32,000 nt of DNA from Candidatus Hadarchaeota archaeon. Its GTDB lineage: Archaea > Hadarchaeota > Hadarchaeia > Hadarchaeales > Hadarchaeaceae. The translations under genes and the position numbers were made by a program. The stretch covers positions 330,001 to 362,000 of the forward strand of contig CAZETV010000001.1 in assembly GCA_964514965.1 (NCBI GenBank), given 5' to 3'. Positions 1-10,426 of the stretch are shown one piece after another (within the stretch, counting starts at the first letter, position 1; each line of letters begins with the position of its first letter). Under the pieces are notes generated by a model. That model did not search any database, was not told where the DNA came from, and worked only from the letters and a program-made list of their open reading frames with translations.

Positions 1-95
1 CGGAGAGAAAAAGCAAGCGCGTGGCGGAAGAAGCGACGGGGATGCACTACTAAGGTTTAATAAGGTTCAAAAATAAATTAGGGCGGAGGTATACT

Positions 96-398
96 TTGCC
101 GCAGGTTATGGTGAGTAAGCTCCGGGCGATAGGCATAATCTCGGACAGGGGCATGCAGGTGGGAAAGCTCCAAGATATTCTCTTTGATGAAAAAGACGGA
201 AAGGTTCAATCGATTGTGGTAAAACCAATTTCGAAGGAGACGCTCGGGAACATCCCCCGCGACTCAAGCGGGAATGCTTTGATCCCGTTCAGCGCTGTTA
301 TGTCAATACGCGATTTCATCGTCATCAACGAGCGCGTTTTAGCGATCCAGCAACTCAAGACGGGACCGAAGCCCGGCGTTCCAGAAATATTACCCTAA
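96..398 (+). CDS. PRC-barrel domain protein
   Basis: 100-aa ORF from a TTG start preceded by GGAGGT at 85-90. Sequence (VSKLRAIGIISDRGMQVGKLQDILFDEKDGKVQSIVV) is typical of small archaeal PRC-barrel proteins. Confidence 0.8.
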   Translation: MPQVMVSKLRAIGIISDRGMQVGKLQDILFDEKDGKVQSIVVKPISKETLGNIPRDSSGNALIPFSAVMSIRDFIVINERVLAIQQLKTGPKPGVPEILP

Positions 399-1091
399 TT
401 ACCACCCAAAGAATAATCTTGTCGAGAGTTCACTGGGTAACCCCGCAGTTTCCATTTTTTCGGCCGTAATCTTTACATCGTATCCAACTCTATGGAAGCT
501 CACCTTTACCTCATTTCCCAAGTTCAAAACCGCGTAGCTAGCTCGAGGGTCGCGATCACGCGGCTGTCCAACCCCGCCCGGGTTAATAATCAACTTTCCA
601 AAGACGACGCGCTCAACCGGCATGTGAGTATGACCGAGCAAGAGGATATCCGCATCCAAGTCGCGAACTAGTTCTGCGAGCACGCGGTTGGAAGTATCTG
701 GAAAGATGTATTCGTTAAGCGGGTCACGGGGGCTACCATGCGCCACGTAGACCTTTTGCTTTCCGTACGTCAGCGTGAGGTGGGTTGGGAGGTTAGATAA
801 AAATTCGAGATTTTCCTTGCTCAATTTACCGGCGGTCCAGAGTGCAGCCTTGGCCGCTAGCGGGTTGAACCCCAACACATCGCGTGTAACTGCCGCATGG
901 TCATGATTGCCCATCACTATCTTCATCCGCTTCAATCTAGCCAACTTTACTACTTCGTTGGGATCAGCGGCGTAACCAACGAGGTCGCCCGCGCAAATGA
1001 GTTCATCAACGCGAGGCATGTCTTTGAGCACTGCTTTGAGCGCCGCGAGGTTTGAGTGTGGATCCGCTATTACGCCGATTTTCACCGATAC
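399..1091 (-). CDS. Metallophosphoesterase, YfcE/MJ0936-like phosphodiesterase
   Basis: Motifs IGVIADPHSN, AGDLVGYAADP, MGNHD, VAHGSP and LLLGHTHMP. Track ORF begins at 1139, but a start near 1091 (V-S-V-K-I-G-V-I-A-D) fits the family better. Confidence 0.85.
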   Translation of the reverse strand, partial: VSVKIGVIADPHSNLAALKAVLKDMPRVDELICAGDLVGYAADPNEVVKLARLKRMKIVMGNHDHAAVTRDVLGFNPLAAKAALWTAGKLSKENLEFLSNLPTHLTLTYGKQKVYVAHGSPRDPLNEYIFPDTSNRVLAELVRDLDADILLLGHTHMPVERVVFGKLIINPGGVGQPRDRDPRASYAVLNLGNEVKVSFHRVGYDVKITAEKMETAGLPSELSTRLFFGW

Positions 1092-1192
1092 CACCAAGAC
1101 AACAAAGGAGCGAGATTTGTTTAAACCTGCACCCCACATAAATTTTAACAGCGCACGGGATTATTTTAGTTTCTGGCAGCACCACTCGAAAG

Positions 1193-1894
1193 CTAGTCCC
1201 GCATGCTGAGAATTTTCTCGATGGCTTCCGCGACGCCCTTTCCGTGAGGCTCGGCGGTCACGTAGGTCGATACGCGCTTCACCGCTTCGTCCGAGTTTGC
1301 CACGGCGAAGCTCGTCCCCGCGACTCCCAACATCTCGACATCGTTCAGACCATCTCCTATGGCCGCAACTTCGGCGAGCGGCACCATCAAGAACGAAGCG
1401 ACTTTTCGGAGCGCGTTTCCTTTGTTCACCTTTGGGCTTAAAATGTGAATCGTTGAACCCAAGTCGACGACGACTAGATTAAGTTTCTCTCGTCTGAAGA
1501 GCTCCTCGGCGGCCCCAGATTCGATTGTGCGCTTCAGGGATATGCTCGTGAGACGCGACCTTGAACTCCTAGTCTGCTGCAGAGGGCCAAATTCACGTTC
1601 AAGAACGGCCAGTCCACGCTCGGCATCGACACGGTCGCCTAGCACACATTCCCACCCGCTGGCGGGGTCAAATACAATTCCTCCATCCTCAGCTATCAGC
1701 GATCCCGAAGTCCCAAGCATGATTGCTGCAGTCTCCGCGAACGCGAGCACGTTCCCAGTTGCGAGCACCACGGGCAGGCCCGAATCCTCGGCCTTTTGAA
1801 CGGCGCTCACGCCAGCGATATCAAGTCTTCGGTTCTTAAAAGTCAGCGTGCCGTCTATATCGACAGCAACAAACCTAATCAAACTTCCACCCAA
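1193..1894 (-). CDS. HAD-family phosphatase, archaeal phosphoglycolate phosphatase-like
   Basis: DIDGTLT motif I, ATGN motif II, and GDGLNDVEML motif IV. Confidence 0.85.
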   Translation of the reverse strand: MGGSLIRFVAVDIDGTLTFKNRRLDIAGVSAVQKAEDSGLPVVLATGNVLAFAETAAIMLGTSGSLIAEDGGIVFDPASGWECVLGDRVDAERGLAVLEREFGPLQQTRSSRSRLTSISLKRTIESGAAEELFRREKLNLVVVDLGSTIHILSPKVNKGNALRKVASFLMVPLAEVAAIGDGLNDVEMLGVAGTSFAVANSDEAVKRVSTYVTAEPHGKGVAEAIEKILSMRD

Positions 1895-1895
1895 T

Positions 1896-2846
1896 TCAGT
1901 CCTTTATCCCTTGCCCGCTAATCATGAAAACAGCTTCAGCCTCGGGCAAGTTTGGGCTGTCAAATATCCGTGCGATTCGCTTTCCACCCTTGGACTTTCG
2001 AAGGTAGACGCGGGTCGTGGCGGAGTGAGCAAGCACATGCCCTCCGATTGGCCGGGTGGGATCCCCAAAGAAAACGTCAGGCCTCGCCATCACCTGATTC
2101 GTTACGAGGATGGCTAAGCCGTGGAGGTCTGCTATTCGATGAAGCGTCAGTAGATGGCGGCTCAATTTCTGCTGGCGTTCGGCTAAAGATCCCCGACCAA
2201 CGTACTCGGCCCGAAAGTGTGAGGTAAGAGAATCGATTACCATGAGGCGCACATTTTCCCCCTCTATTTTCTCCTCGGCCTTTTCGGCTATCAGAATCTG
2301 CTGGTCGGTGTTGTAAGACCTTATGTAGAGAACATTCTGGAGGGTCTTCATCGGGTCGAGGTCGAGGCCAATCGCCATGTCCCGGATTCTTTCGGGCCTA
2401 AAAGTATTCTCGGTGTCGATGTAAATCGCCTTTCCACCCAATCCCTTTTGCTCGGGTGGAAGCTGAACGTTCACGCAGAGCTGGTGGGCCAACTGGGTTT
2501 TTCCTGACCCGAATTCACCAAAAACCTCGGTCACTGCCTGAGTCTCAATTCCCCCGCCGAGTAGCGTGTCGAGCTGCTCGCTGCTCGTGGTTATCAATCC
2601 GACCTTCTCCCGACGCTCGAGAACTTTATCGGCGGTGATGAATTCGCCTAATTCTGCAATCTCCCTGGCAACAGCGATTATTTTTTTTGCTTGCCCCTCG
2701 CCGATCTCTGCCGCTTCATGCAGCTCCGATATCGAGGCTACAGCGATCGATTCAACCGTTCGATAACCTGCCTCCCGAAGCTTCTCAGCGGTCGCTTCTC
2801 CCACTCCAGGTAAACTTTCGATTGTGCGTTTCATTTCCTCAGCCAA
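1896..2846 (-). CDS. radA: DNA repair and recombination protein RadA
   Basis: N-terminal HhH region ([17 protein letters not shown]), Walker [40 protein letters not shown]. Confidence 0.95.
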   Translation of the reverse strand: MAEEMKRTIESLPGVGEATAEKLREAGYRTVESIAVASISELHEAAEIGEGQAKKIIAVAREIAELGEFITADKVLERREKVGLITTSSEQLDTLLGGGIETQAVTEVFGEFGSGKTQLAHQLCVNVQLPPEQKGLGGKAIYIDTENTFRPERIRDMAIGLDLDPMKTLQNVLYIRSYNTDQQILIAEKAEEKIEGENVRLMVIDSLTSHFRAEYVGRGSLAERQQKLSRHLLTLHRIADLHGLAILVTNQVMARPDVFFGDPTRPIGGHVLAHSATTRVYLRKSKGGKRIARIFDSPNLPEAEAVFMISGQGIKD

Positions 2847-2869
2847 AAATTAAACCTCCATTTTATCTT

Positions 2870-4939
2870 TCACGTTCCCGTTTTTATCTTTTTGAGAAGC
2901 GCTTGCGCCTCCTGTTTCGGCTCGGGGAACTGCACGTCGCTAGCTCGGAGTTCGAGTTGGTCGAAGTACTTGTCATGCCTGGTTGTACCTGTGATGACAA
3001 GCTCCTTCCCAATCAGTTTGAACTTATCGTAAAGCTCGGCCAAATCAGGAGTACCCTTGAAGAGTTCGAAAACTTGTTGCGCCTCTAGACCGAGTAGGCG
3101 CTCCGTGACCTTGCCGAAAAGAGCTACCCTGAAGTTGCCAGTGCCGTCGTCGAGCAAGAAGCTTAGCACGACCCGATGTTCAGGTGTAACGACCTTCCCG
3201 CACTCCTCGCACATCAAACTGGTGTCCACGCTCCCCAGGCTCCGTCCGCAGTCGGGACAAATGTCGAATACTGGACGCTGGTGAAAAACACGTACCACCG
3301 TCCCCCTGACTTGAACCCTCATCCCCTCTTTCTTGATATCTGCAATACTGATCCGTTCAGGTGCCGGTGCGACTAGCTTGATCGCATCCGCAGGTGGCAA
3401 TTCTTCGGAGATTGCTGGATTTAGCTCGAGTTGTCCTTGCTTGCCGAGGTGAAGCTCTGGTTGTCCGAAGAGGCCCAGCGTGCTGTAGCAGTTTGTGAAT
3501 TTAACGACATCACCGACTTTGATGTCGGCCGCTTTATCCGCGTGCTCGTGCCAAAGCGATACCCTCGTTGTACCTGTTTGATCACCAATAGTAACGGACG
3601 CGACCTTCCCCTTGCTACCATCAACTCGAACAAACTCACGCGGTGCCGTGGTCTCAATTACTCTCCCCATTACTTCAAGCGCGTCCATATTCGGCTCGAC
3701 CTCGCCAATTTTTATAACGCTCAGACCAAGTGCCTCGACAGTCACGTCGGGTGGATTCACCTCAATTCTTGCAATTTTGCCAACATGCACTTCCGGTTTA
3801 CCGGTCAAGCCGACGCGCGTGTATGCGTTGCGCAGGAGCACGATATCATTCAGCTTTAAATCCTGCACAAGCTCCGCCGCATCACCCCAAAAGGAGGCGC
3901 GAGCGGTACCTGTCTCGTCCGCGAGAACCACGCTGATAACTTTTCCTGATGTTCCATCGTCACGCTTGAACTCCTGCAACGGGAGCTTTCGTTTGACCCT
4001 AGCAGCAAGGCCAACCGTCGGCATGCTGGCCTCGAGCTCCTCTAACTTGAGCAGGCCCTCGGGCAGCTCGGGCAGTTCCGCCACTTCCGCTTCTGGTGGA
4101 TTCAGGAGCAGACGCCCTCGCGCACCTAAACTGAGTTCGGGCTTGTTCCTCAAACCGGGCCGCACTGACGCATTTTCGAGCTTCACCGCGACCCCTAGCT
4201 TGAGTTCCTTCACGAGCTCCGTCCGCTCATCCCAAAGGGAAACCCGTACCTGACCTGTCGAGTCCATGAGTATGAGGCTCGCGACCTTGCCAGTGGTTCC
4301 ATCGTGGCGCTCAAATTCCCTGATGTCGCTCGTCGTCACCACCCTGCCGGTAATGTCCACCTCGATGAGCTCTGGTTTGAGATCTGCAATCTTAATCTTA
4401 GTTTCGACAAGCGGCGGGAGGTCCGATACTCGCGGGTCGTCTGGATTCACGAGCAAAGAGCCCCGCATCCCAAGACTAAGCTCAGGCTGCTTGTTCAATC
4501 CTTGGCGCACGTAGGCATTTTTGACTTGAACCGCATCTCCCTTTCGAACCTTATCCTCCCCGATCAACGAGGTCTTGTCATTCCATAGCGCGATTCTAAT
4601 CTGTCCAGTTTTATCTTGAACCAGCAACCCTCCTACACGCCCAACTTTACCGCTAGAGCGCTGGAACTCCCGCGGTTCATAGATACGGGTGACCCGGCCG
4701 ACGATGTCTACTTTGGACATTCCCGGGATGAGATCCTCGATGTGTAGGGTTCGAATCTCAGGTTCTTTTCTCTTAAAAACAACCCCCAATTCCCGGCCGA
4801 CGATGGTGGCCGCGCCTTCGAGGGTCACGAAACCGCTGAGTTCGTTCTGCTTCTGCTGGATGCGCTTCATTAGCTCGTCATGATCAATTTTCGCATGATC
4901 TAAAATTTCTTGAACCATCTGCTCAAAATTTAGCTCCAT
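2870..4939 (-). CDS. Replication factor A-like ssDNA-binding protein with multiple OB-folds and a zinc finger
   Basis: Repeated OB signature (GKVxSVxxxDxTGxxRxSLW) about five times plus CPDCG...CEECG near the C-terminus. Confidence 0.88.
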   Translation of the reverse strand: MELNFEQMVQEILDHAKIDHDELMKRIQQKQNELSGFVTLEGAATIVGRELGVVFKRKEPEIRTLHIEDLIPGMSKVDIVGRVTRIYEPREFQRSSGKVGRVGGLLVQDKTGQIRIALWNDKTSLIGEDKVRKGDAVQVKNAYVRQGLNKQPELSLGMRGSLLVNPDDPRVSDLPPLVETKIKIADLKPELIEVDITGRVVTTSDIREFERHDGTTGKVASLILMDSTGQVRVSLWDERTELVKELKLGVAVKLENASVRPGLRNKPELSLGARGRLLLNPPEAEVAELPELPEGLLKLEELEASMPTVGLAARVKRKLPLQEFKRDDGTSGKVISVVLADETGTARASFWGDAAELVQDLKLNDIVLLRNAYTRVGLTGKPEVHVGKIARIEVNPPDVTVEALGLSVIKIGEVEPNMDALEVMGRVIETTAPREFVRVDGSKGKVASVTIGDQTGTTRVSLWHEHADKAADIKVGDVVKFTNCYSTLGLFGQPELHLGKQGQLELNPAISEELPPADAIKLVAPAPERISIADIKKEGMRVQVRGTVVRVFHQRPVFDICPDCGRSLGSVDTSLMCEECGKVVTPEHRVVLSFLLDDGTGNFRVALFGKVTERLLGLEAQQVFELFKGTPDLAELYDKFKLIGKELVITGTTRHDKYFDQLELRASDVQFPEPKQEAQALLKKIKTGT

Positions 4940-5110
4940 AATCCAACCTCAAAACAACTATCCGCTTCTCGTTTATAGGGATTTTCAGGGAGAGATGGCC
5001 GAAAGTATTCACTTTCAGATGATAAAACCAAATTCTCAAGCAGTGATTGAACACGATTGGTCAAAATTAGTACAGAAACTCAAAATTATTAAATGGATAA
5101 ATTTGTTAAA

Positions 5111-6388
5111 TCAATCATATTTCTTCCTAGCCAGCTCGTCTAAAATTTCCTTAGCACGATCGACCCTAATTTTGCGCTCCTCGACCAACCGTGCCGCTAC
5201 TTTATCTATTAACTCACCCTTTGCTCCAGCCGTTGCGGCTATGTTCCGCGCGTGCAACTTCATGTGGCCGGCTTGGATGCCGCTAGTAGCGAGTGCCCTC
5301 ATCGCCGCCAAGTTCTGAGCGAGCCCGACCGCCGCCATGACTTCTCCCAACTCGCGCGCCGATTGCACTCCCAATATCTTTCTACAAATTTTTGCAACGG
5401 GGTGAACAGCTGTGGCCCCCCCGATTGTCCCCACCGCCACAGGCAGCTCAATCCTGCCCGAGAGGTTTCCCTCGACCGTTCGCTCCCAGTGAGTCAACGG
5501 TTTGTAAGCGCCTCCTATCGCCGCATAGGCATGGGCCCCAGCTTCAAGGGCGCGAGTATCGTTTGCCGTCGCGAGGGCGACCGCGATGATTCCGTTCATC
5601 ACTCCCTTATTATGAGTGGCGCAGCGGTAGGGGTCGGCGGCAGCGAAAGCATAGGCTTGGAGTATCCCATCGACCACCTCCTCACCGCCCAACGCCTCCT
5701 TTGTGAAGACCGCCTTCGCGCTCGCTAGCCTGTGGGTGGCTAGGTTCGAGACTATCCGGAGAAAAACTCTGCCTCCTGTCAGCTCTTCGATCAGGGGCGC
5801 AACCGCTTCGCACATGGTATTGATGACGTTCGCCCCCATGGCATCACGCACATCAATGAGCAAATGAATGATTGTCATCGGACCGAGGTGAGTGGTGAGC
5901 ACCCGCACTTCGATGTCCTTCGCGCCGCCGCCCAACTTTACGAGGATTGGATCCTGTTCATTCGCCTTCGCCAGAATTTGCTCTTTAGACTTGAGAATTT
6001 TCTCCCTTGCCTTTTTAGGGTTCTTGATATCTGTGAGCTGGATCTGGCCCACCATAATCGACGGAGTGCTCTCAGTGCGAAAACCCCCACCTGGGCGGGC
6101 CATCTTCGCAGCGTTCGAAGCTGCAGCTACAACTGAGGGTTCCTCAATCGCCATGGGGATGAGGTAATCCCTGTTGTTGATGAAGAAGTTAGTCGCTATA
6201 CCTAAAGGCAACTCAATAGCGCCAATCACGTTTTCGATCATGCGGTCCGCCTGTTTGATCTCCAACGCGCCGGTCTTACGGAGGAGTTCAGTTTCATCCT
6301 TGCTCAGCCCGGCTAACTCCTGCACTATCTTCAGCCTCTTCTCTGGGCTCAGTTTGTAAAAACCAGAAAGTTTGGAAGTCTTGCACAT
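5111..6388 (-). CDS. Hydroxymethylglutaryl-CoA reductase, class II type
   Basis: SGFYKLSPEKRLKIV start, ENVIGAIELPLGIATNFFINNRDYLIPMAIEEPSVVAAASNAAKMAR, DAMGANVINTMCEA, and a C-terminal H-x-R-N-I. Confidence 0.9.
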   Translation of the reverse strand: MCKTSKLSGFYKLSPEKRLKIVQELAGLSKDETELLRKTGALEIKQADRMIENVIGAIELPLGIATNFFINNRDYLIPMAIEEPSVVAAASNAAKMARPGGGFRTESTPSIMVGQIQLTDIKNPKKAREKILKSKEQILAKANEQDPILVKLGGGAKDIEVRVLTTHLGPMTIIHLLIDVRDAMGANVINTMCEAVAPLIEELTGGRVFLRIVSNLATHRLASAKAVFTKEALGGEEVVDGILQAYAFAAADPYRCATHNKGVMNGIIAVALATANDTRALEAGAHAYAAIGGAYKPLTHWERTVEGNLSGRIELPVAVGTIGGATAVHPVAKICRKILGVQSARELGEVMAAVGLAQNLAAMRALATSGIQAGHMKLHARNIAATAGAKGELIDKVAARLVEERKIRVDRAKEILDELARKKYD

Positions 6389-6657
6389 TTACTGCCCCTT
6401 TAAAGTTGGCGATGCGGTTATAAATTCTAAGGGTCATGCAAAAAACCGCAATTAAAAATCACCTGATGCGAGTTCGACCTTTTTCAGCGATATCAATAAT
6501 GAATGCCAAACTTTTCGGTATGTTTCAAACATTTGCAGAGTACGAGAAAACTGTCCTTCGACGTTCGAAAAGGATAGAAATAAATGTTTGAATAATCGTA
6601 TTGTAAAAAGGTGAAAGAAATGGCAAAGTGCAACAAGACGAAGAAAAAGAAAAACTG

Positions 6658-9600
6658 CTAAGTAGATGGACGCTTCACGAGCAATTTAAAACTGTCTCCA
6701 TCGACGTTCCATTCTTTGATATAGCCTGGCTCTTTGACTTCGCTTGCACGGCAAATGCGAAGATTTCTCGCCCGAACCTCCCGCGAGATGTAATCTTGCT
6801 GGGTGGCGAGAAGCGTGATAAATTTATCCAACTCCGTGCCCACCACTACGTCGACCTGTTCTTCCATCGCGAGATTTAACTCCTTGCGCATCGTCTGCAG
6901 CCGTCGGACGAGCTCCCGCGCCAAGCACTCGGCCTGCAGCTCAGGAGTCATTCGAGTGTCAATCGCTATCTTGCCGAACTCCGTGGGGATTACGGCAAAA
7001 TCTTCCGGTAGTTTCTCCTCAAAGCCCAGCTCTTCTGATGAAACGCTGACTTTTTGTCCTTCGACTTGCAATCCCACAAATCCATAACGTTGCAGCTCGG
7101 CGCGCAGACGAAAGGCGTCCCTCCTTCGAAACTCATCGATGACCAGCCGCGAGAGTTTTCCCAACCTTTCCTGCAGACGTTGCACATCAGGCTTACACAT
7201 GAGGCGGAACTCGACGTTCTGCTCCTCAGGCCCGAGTATGACTAACTCCTTGCAGTTCAATTGACTACGGAGTACGCTCTGAAGTCCTTGGATGAGAGAC
7301 TTAACTTCCTGCGAGGAAGCCCTGATTACAGCTTTGCTAACAGGCCACCGTAATTTCAGTCGCGCCTGCTGTCTAGCTGCTGCACCCCCTTCAACAAATG
7401 CACGCAAGATATTCATCCCTCTTTCGAGCTCAGAATCAATCGACTGCTCATTTACAGATGGCCAAGAAAGCATGTGCACGCTCTCTGGTGCCCCGGTATC
7501 TGCAGCCTTGACTAGGTCGCGGTACATCACCTCACTCACGTGGGGCATGATCGGCGCGAGTAGCCTAACTAAGGTGTGGAGGGATTGGTAGAGTACAACG
7601 TATGCCGCTAGCTTTCTAGGATCGTCCCGTTCAATCCAAACGCGCTCGCGCACGAGGCGTACGTACCATCGGCTGAGATCCTCGAGCACAAACGACGTCA
7701 ATATCCGAGCGGCGTTATGCAAGTTGAACTCTTGGAACGCTTTTGTAACATCACGCGTCACGCTGTTGATGCGGGAAATCATCCAAAAGTCCTCAAGCAT
7801 GAAGTTTTCGCGTACCTTCTTTAGATCGATTTTTTTCGGGTCGAATTCGTCGAGCGCCATGTAAGTGGTCGCGAACACGTGAACGTTCCAGAGCACGTTC
7901 AACATCCGCGTAACGACATCTATCCCTTTCCAACTGAACCGGAGATCCTCCCATGGAGAGTTCGCTGACAGCATGTAGAAGCGCAACACGTCAGCTCCAT
8001 ATTTATCGACCACCTCTTTGGGACTCACCACATTCCCCAGCGACTTAGACATCTTCCGTCCATGCTCGTCGAGGGCGAAACCATGCATAAGCACAGCCTT
8101 GTATGGCATCTCATCGAAGGCAACGACCGATACAACTTGTTGGCTATAGAACCACTTCGTCACTTGGTCTTCCCCCTCTGTTATGAACTCGCTGGGCCAG
8201 AGTTGCTCGAAGCGTTCGCGCCGCTGCGGATAACCGAGGCTCGCCCAAGAAGCAATTCCTGAGTCGAACCACACGTCGAGCACATCCGGCACTCGTTTTG
8301 CATCAGCTCCGCATTTCGGGCAGCGCAACGTGATCAAATCGACATCGGGGCGGTGAAGGTCGATTTCGTCGATTGATGTCTTCGCCGCGCTCTTCAGCTC
8401 TTCCACGCTGCCGATTACAATCGTTTCGTTACATTGTTGACATATCCAAATTGGGAGAGGGATACCCCAGTAGCGCTGACGGGAGATGCACCAGTCTCCC
8501 ACCGACTCAACTCCATTCACGTAGCGCATCGCGACCCAGTCCGGCACCCACCGTACGCGCTCGACATTTTTCTCAAGGATTTTTGGTTTGATCTGCGAAA
8601 CGCGCAGGAACCACTGGCCGGTCGCGCGAAAGAGGAGAGGCGTCTGACAGCGCCAGCAGTGGGGGTACGCATGGGTAATGACTCCGTGCTTCATGAGCAT
8701 ACCATTCTGGCGGAGGTCATCGAGAATAACCCGGTCAGCGTCCTTCACGAAAATTCCATTGTATTTCCCGGCGTCTTGGGTGAACTTCCCGTCGGGCCCC
8801 ACAGGACTGAAAACTGGCAGACCGTAGTGCACCCCACTCACGAAGTCCTCTTCCCCGTGACCCGGAGCGGTGTGGACGCAGCCCGTGCCTTCATCAAGCG
8901 TAACGTACTCACCGCAAATCACCCGGTGGTGCCGCACGTACTCTTTCTGCTCCGGCACCTCCTTGAGCAGCGGATGCTCGTAGTGCAATCCCTTGAGCTC
9001 CTTCCCCTTCATCGAGCTGAGCACTTGGTAATCTTTGATCCCGATTTCTTTCATGACTTTCTCGACGAGGGCCTCTGCCAAGATGTAAACTTCTTTGTCG
9101 ACAGCGACTTTCGCGTAAGCGTATTCGGGATGCACGCACACCGCCATGTCAGCCGGCAAAGTCCAAGGCGTAGTGGTCCAGATTAGCAGGTATTCGTTCG
9201 GACGGTCGCGGAGCTTGAAACGGGCGAACAGCGAAGGGTCTCGAACTTCGTGATATTCCCCCCTAATTTCATGCTCTGCCAACGCCGTCTCACAGCGAGG
9301 GCACCAGTGAATCACCCGTAGGTCTTTCCGCATGAGGCCACGTTTATGGGCGCGATTCAGGGTCCACCAAGCCGACTCGATGTAATCGTTGGTGAAGGTG
9401 ACGTAAGGTTTGTCCCAGTCCATCCACACGCCCAAGCGCTTGAATTGCTCGGCCATCATTGAGACGTGGTCGAGGGCCCACTGCTTGCACTGCTGGATGA
9501 ACTTTTCAACTCCCACCCGCTGCTCGATTTCTTTTTTGGTTTTGATGCCGAGCTTCTCCTCAACTTTAACCTCGATTGGCAACCCGTGGCAGTCCCATCC

Positions 9601-9849
9601 GGGCTGGCGAAGCACATTGAAGCCGCCCATGCTCATATAGCGCAGGATGGCGTCCTTGATTACCTTGTTCCAAGCGGTCCCCAAGTGAATGGCCCCGCTC
9701 GCGTAAGGTGGGCCGTCGAGGAAGTACCAAGGCTTGGCATCCGCGCGGAGCTGCTTCACCTTTTCATAGATATCGTTTGCTCGCCACCACGCTTGGACCT
9801 CCGGCTCGGATTTGCGCGCGTCGTACGACTTTGCAGCGGGCTGGATCAT
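6658..9849 (-). CDS. ileS: Isoleucyl-tRNA synthetase
   Basis: 1063 aa. Class I motif region HLGTAWNKVIKD, GWDCHGLPIE, KMSKSLGNVVSP, TTPWTLPADMAV. Confidence 0.95.
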   Translation of the reverse strand: MIQPAAKSYDARKSEPEVQAWWRANDIYEKVKQLRADAKPWYFLDGPPYASGAIHLGTAWNKVIKDAILRYMSMGGFNVLRQPGWDCHGLPIEVKVEEKLGIKTKKEIEQRVGVEKFIQQCKQWALDHVSMMAEQFKRLGVWMDWDKPYVTFTNDYIESAWWTLNRAHKRGLMRKDLRVIHWCPRCETALAEHEIRGEYHEVRDPSLFARFKLRDRPNEYLLIWTTTPWTLPADMAVCVHPEYAYAKVAVDKEVYILAEALVEKVMKEIGIKDYQVLSSMKGKELKGLHYEHPLLKEVPEQKEYVRHHRVICGEYVTLDEGTGCVHTAPGHGEEDFVSGVHYGLPVFSPVGPDGKFTQDAGKYNGIFVKDADRVILDDLRQNGMLMKHGVITHAYPHCWRCQTPLLFRATGQWFLRVSQIKPKILEKNVERVRWVPDWVAMRYVNGVESVGDWCISRQRYWGIPLPIWICQQCNETIVIGSVEELKSAAKTSIDEIDLHRPDVDLITLRCPKCGADAKRVPDVLDVWFDSGIASWASLGYPQRRERFEQLWPSEFITEGEDQVTKWFYSQQVVSVVAFDEMPYKAVLMHGFALDEHGRKMSKSLGNVVSPKEVVDKYGADVLRFYMLSANSPWEDLRFSWKGIDVVTRMLNVLWNVHVFATTYMALDEFDPKKIDLKKVRENFMLEDFWMISRINSVTRDVTKAFQEFNLHNAARILTSFVLEDLSRWYVRLVRERVWIERDDPRKLAAYVVLYQSLHTLVRLLAPIMPHVSEVMYRDLVKAADTGAPESVHMLSWPSVNEQSIDSELERGMNILRAFVEGGAAARQQARLKLRWPVSKAVIRASSQEVKSLIQGLQSVLRSQLNCKELVILGPEEQNVEFRLMCKPDVQRLQERLGKLSRLVIDEFRRRDAFRLRAELQRYGFVGLQVEGQKVSVSSEELGFEEKLPEDFAVIPTEFGKIAIDTRMTPELQAECLARELVRRLQTMRKELNLAMEEQVDVVVGTELDKFITLLATQQDYISREVRARNLRICRASEVKEPGYIKEWNVDGDSFKLLVKRPST

Positions 9850-10036
9850 TTTGAAACCCTTAACCTAGTTTGAGTTTAACCCTAAAAATATCGTGGGCTG
9901 TACTGTAAATCTATTTGACATGAACCATTATAACAGCTTTAAAGGAGAGATGCCCACAGCTCGAGTCAATAAAATTAACGTTGTTATTGCTGGGGGCTAA
10001 CATTTTTATTTAAGCAAGTTAACCTTCGTTTGATTT

Positions 10037-10426
10037 TTGGTGGTCGATTTGTTCGGCTGGACTGAATACAAACTGAACAGGAAGGGAACGCTAACCGTCT
10101 TGAGCCAGCTTGAATCAGAAGTTATGACAATAATGTGGCGGGAAAAACGTGCGACTGCCAGAACCGTTCACACCCTCTTGAAAAGCAAACACTCGGTTAA
10201 TCGCTCGAGAATCAATGCGACCATGAACTCGCTCTGCAAACGCGGCCTGCTGAAGTCGAGCGTGCGCAAAGGACGGGGCGGCCTGAGGTATGTTTATAAA
10301 GTTAAGATTTCCCGTAAAAAGTTTGAGCGAGCGGTGGTCGGCAAAGTGCTGGATAGCTTGCTCGAATCATTTGAAAAAACCTCGAAGAAACTAATACAAG
10401 AAAAACTGGGGAAAGTAAATGGTTGA
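10037..10426 (+). CDS. Winged-HTH regulator, BlaI/MecI (penicillinase-repressor) family
   Basis: LSQLESEVMTIMWREKRATARTVHTLL...SRINATMNSLCKRGLLKSSVRKGRGGLRYVYKVKISRKKF. Confidence 0.75.
   Translation: MVVDLFGWTEYKLNRKGTLTVLSQLESEVMTIMWREKRATARTVHTLLKSKHSVNRSRINATMNSLCKRGLLKSSVRKGRGGLRYVYKVKISRKKFERAVVGKVLDSLLESFEKTSKKLIQEKLGKVNG

Noticed and set aside
3612-4253. 213-aa + strand ORF rich in Ser/Thr
   Set aside because: Antisense to the multi-OB RPA gene; composition reflects the complement of the repeats.
4990-5080. Possible C/D box sRNA-like tgatga/ctga boxes near 5020
   Set aside because: The boxes do not form a convincing C-D'-C'-D order and no terminal stem is visible.
8434-9186. 250-aa + strand ORF
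   Set aside because: Fully antisense within ileS, which is strongly supported on the - strand. No motifs.
9466-9873. 135-aa + strand ORF at the ileS 5' end
   Set aside because: Antisense to conserved IleS N-terminal sequence.
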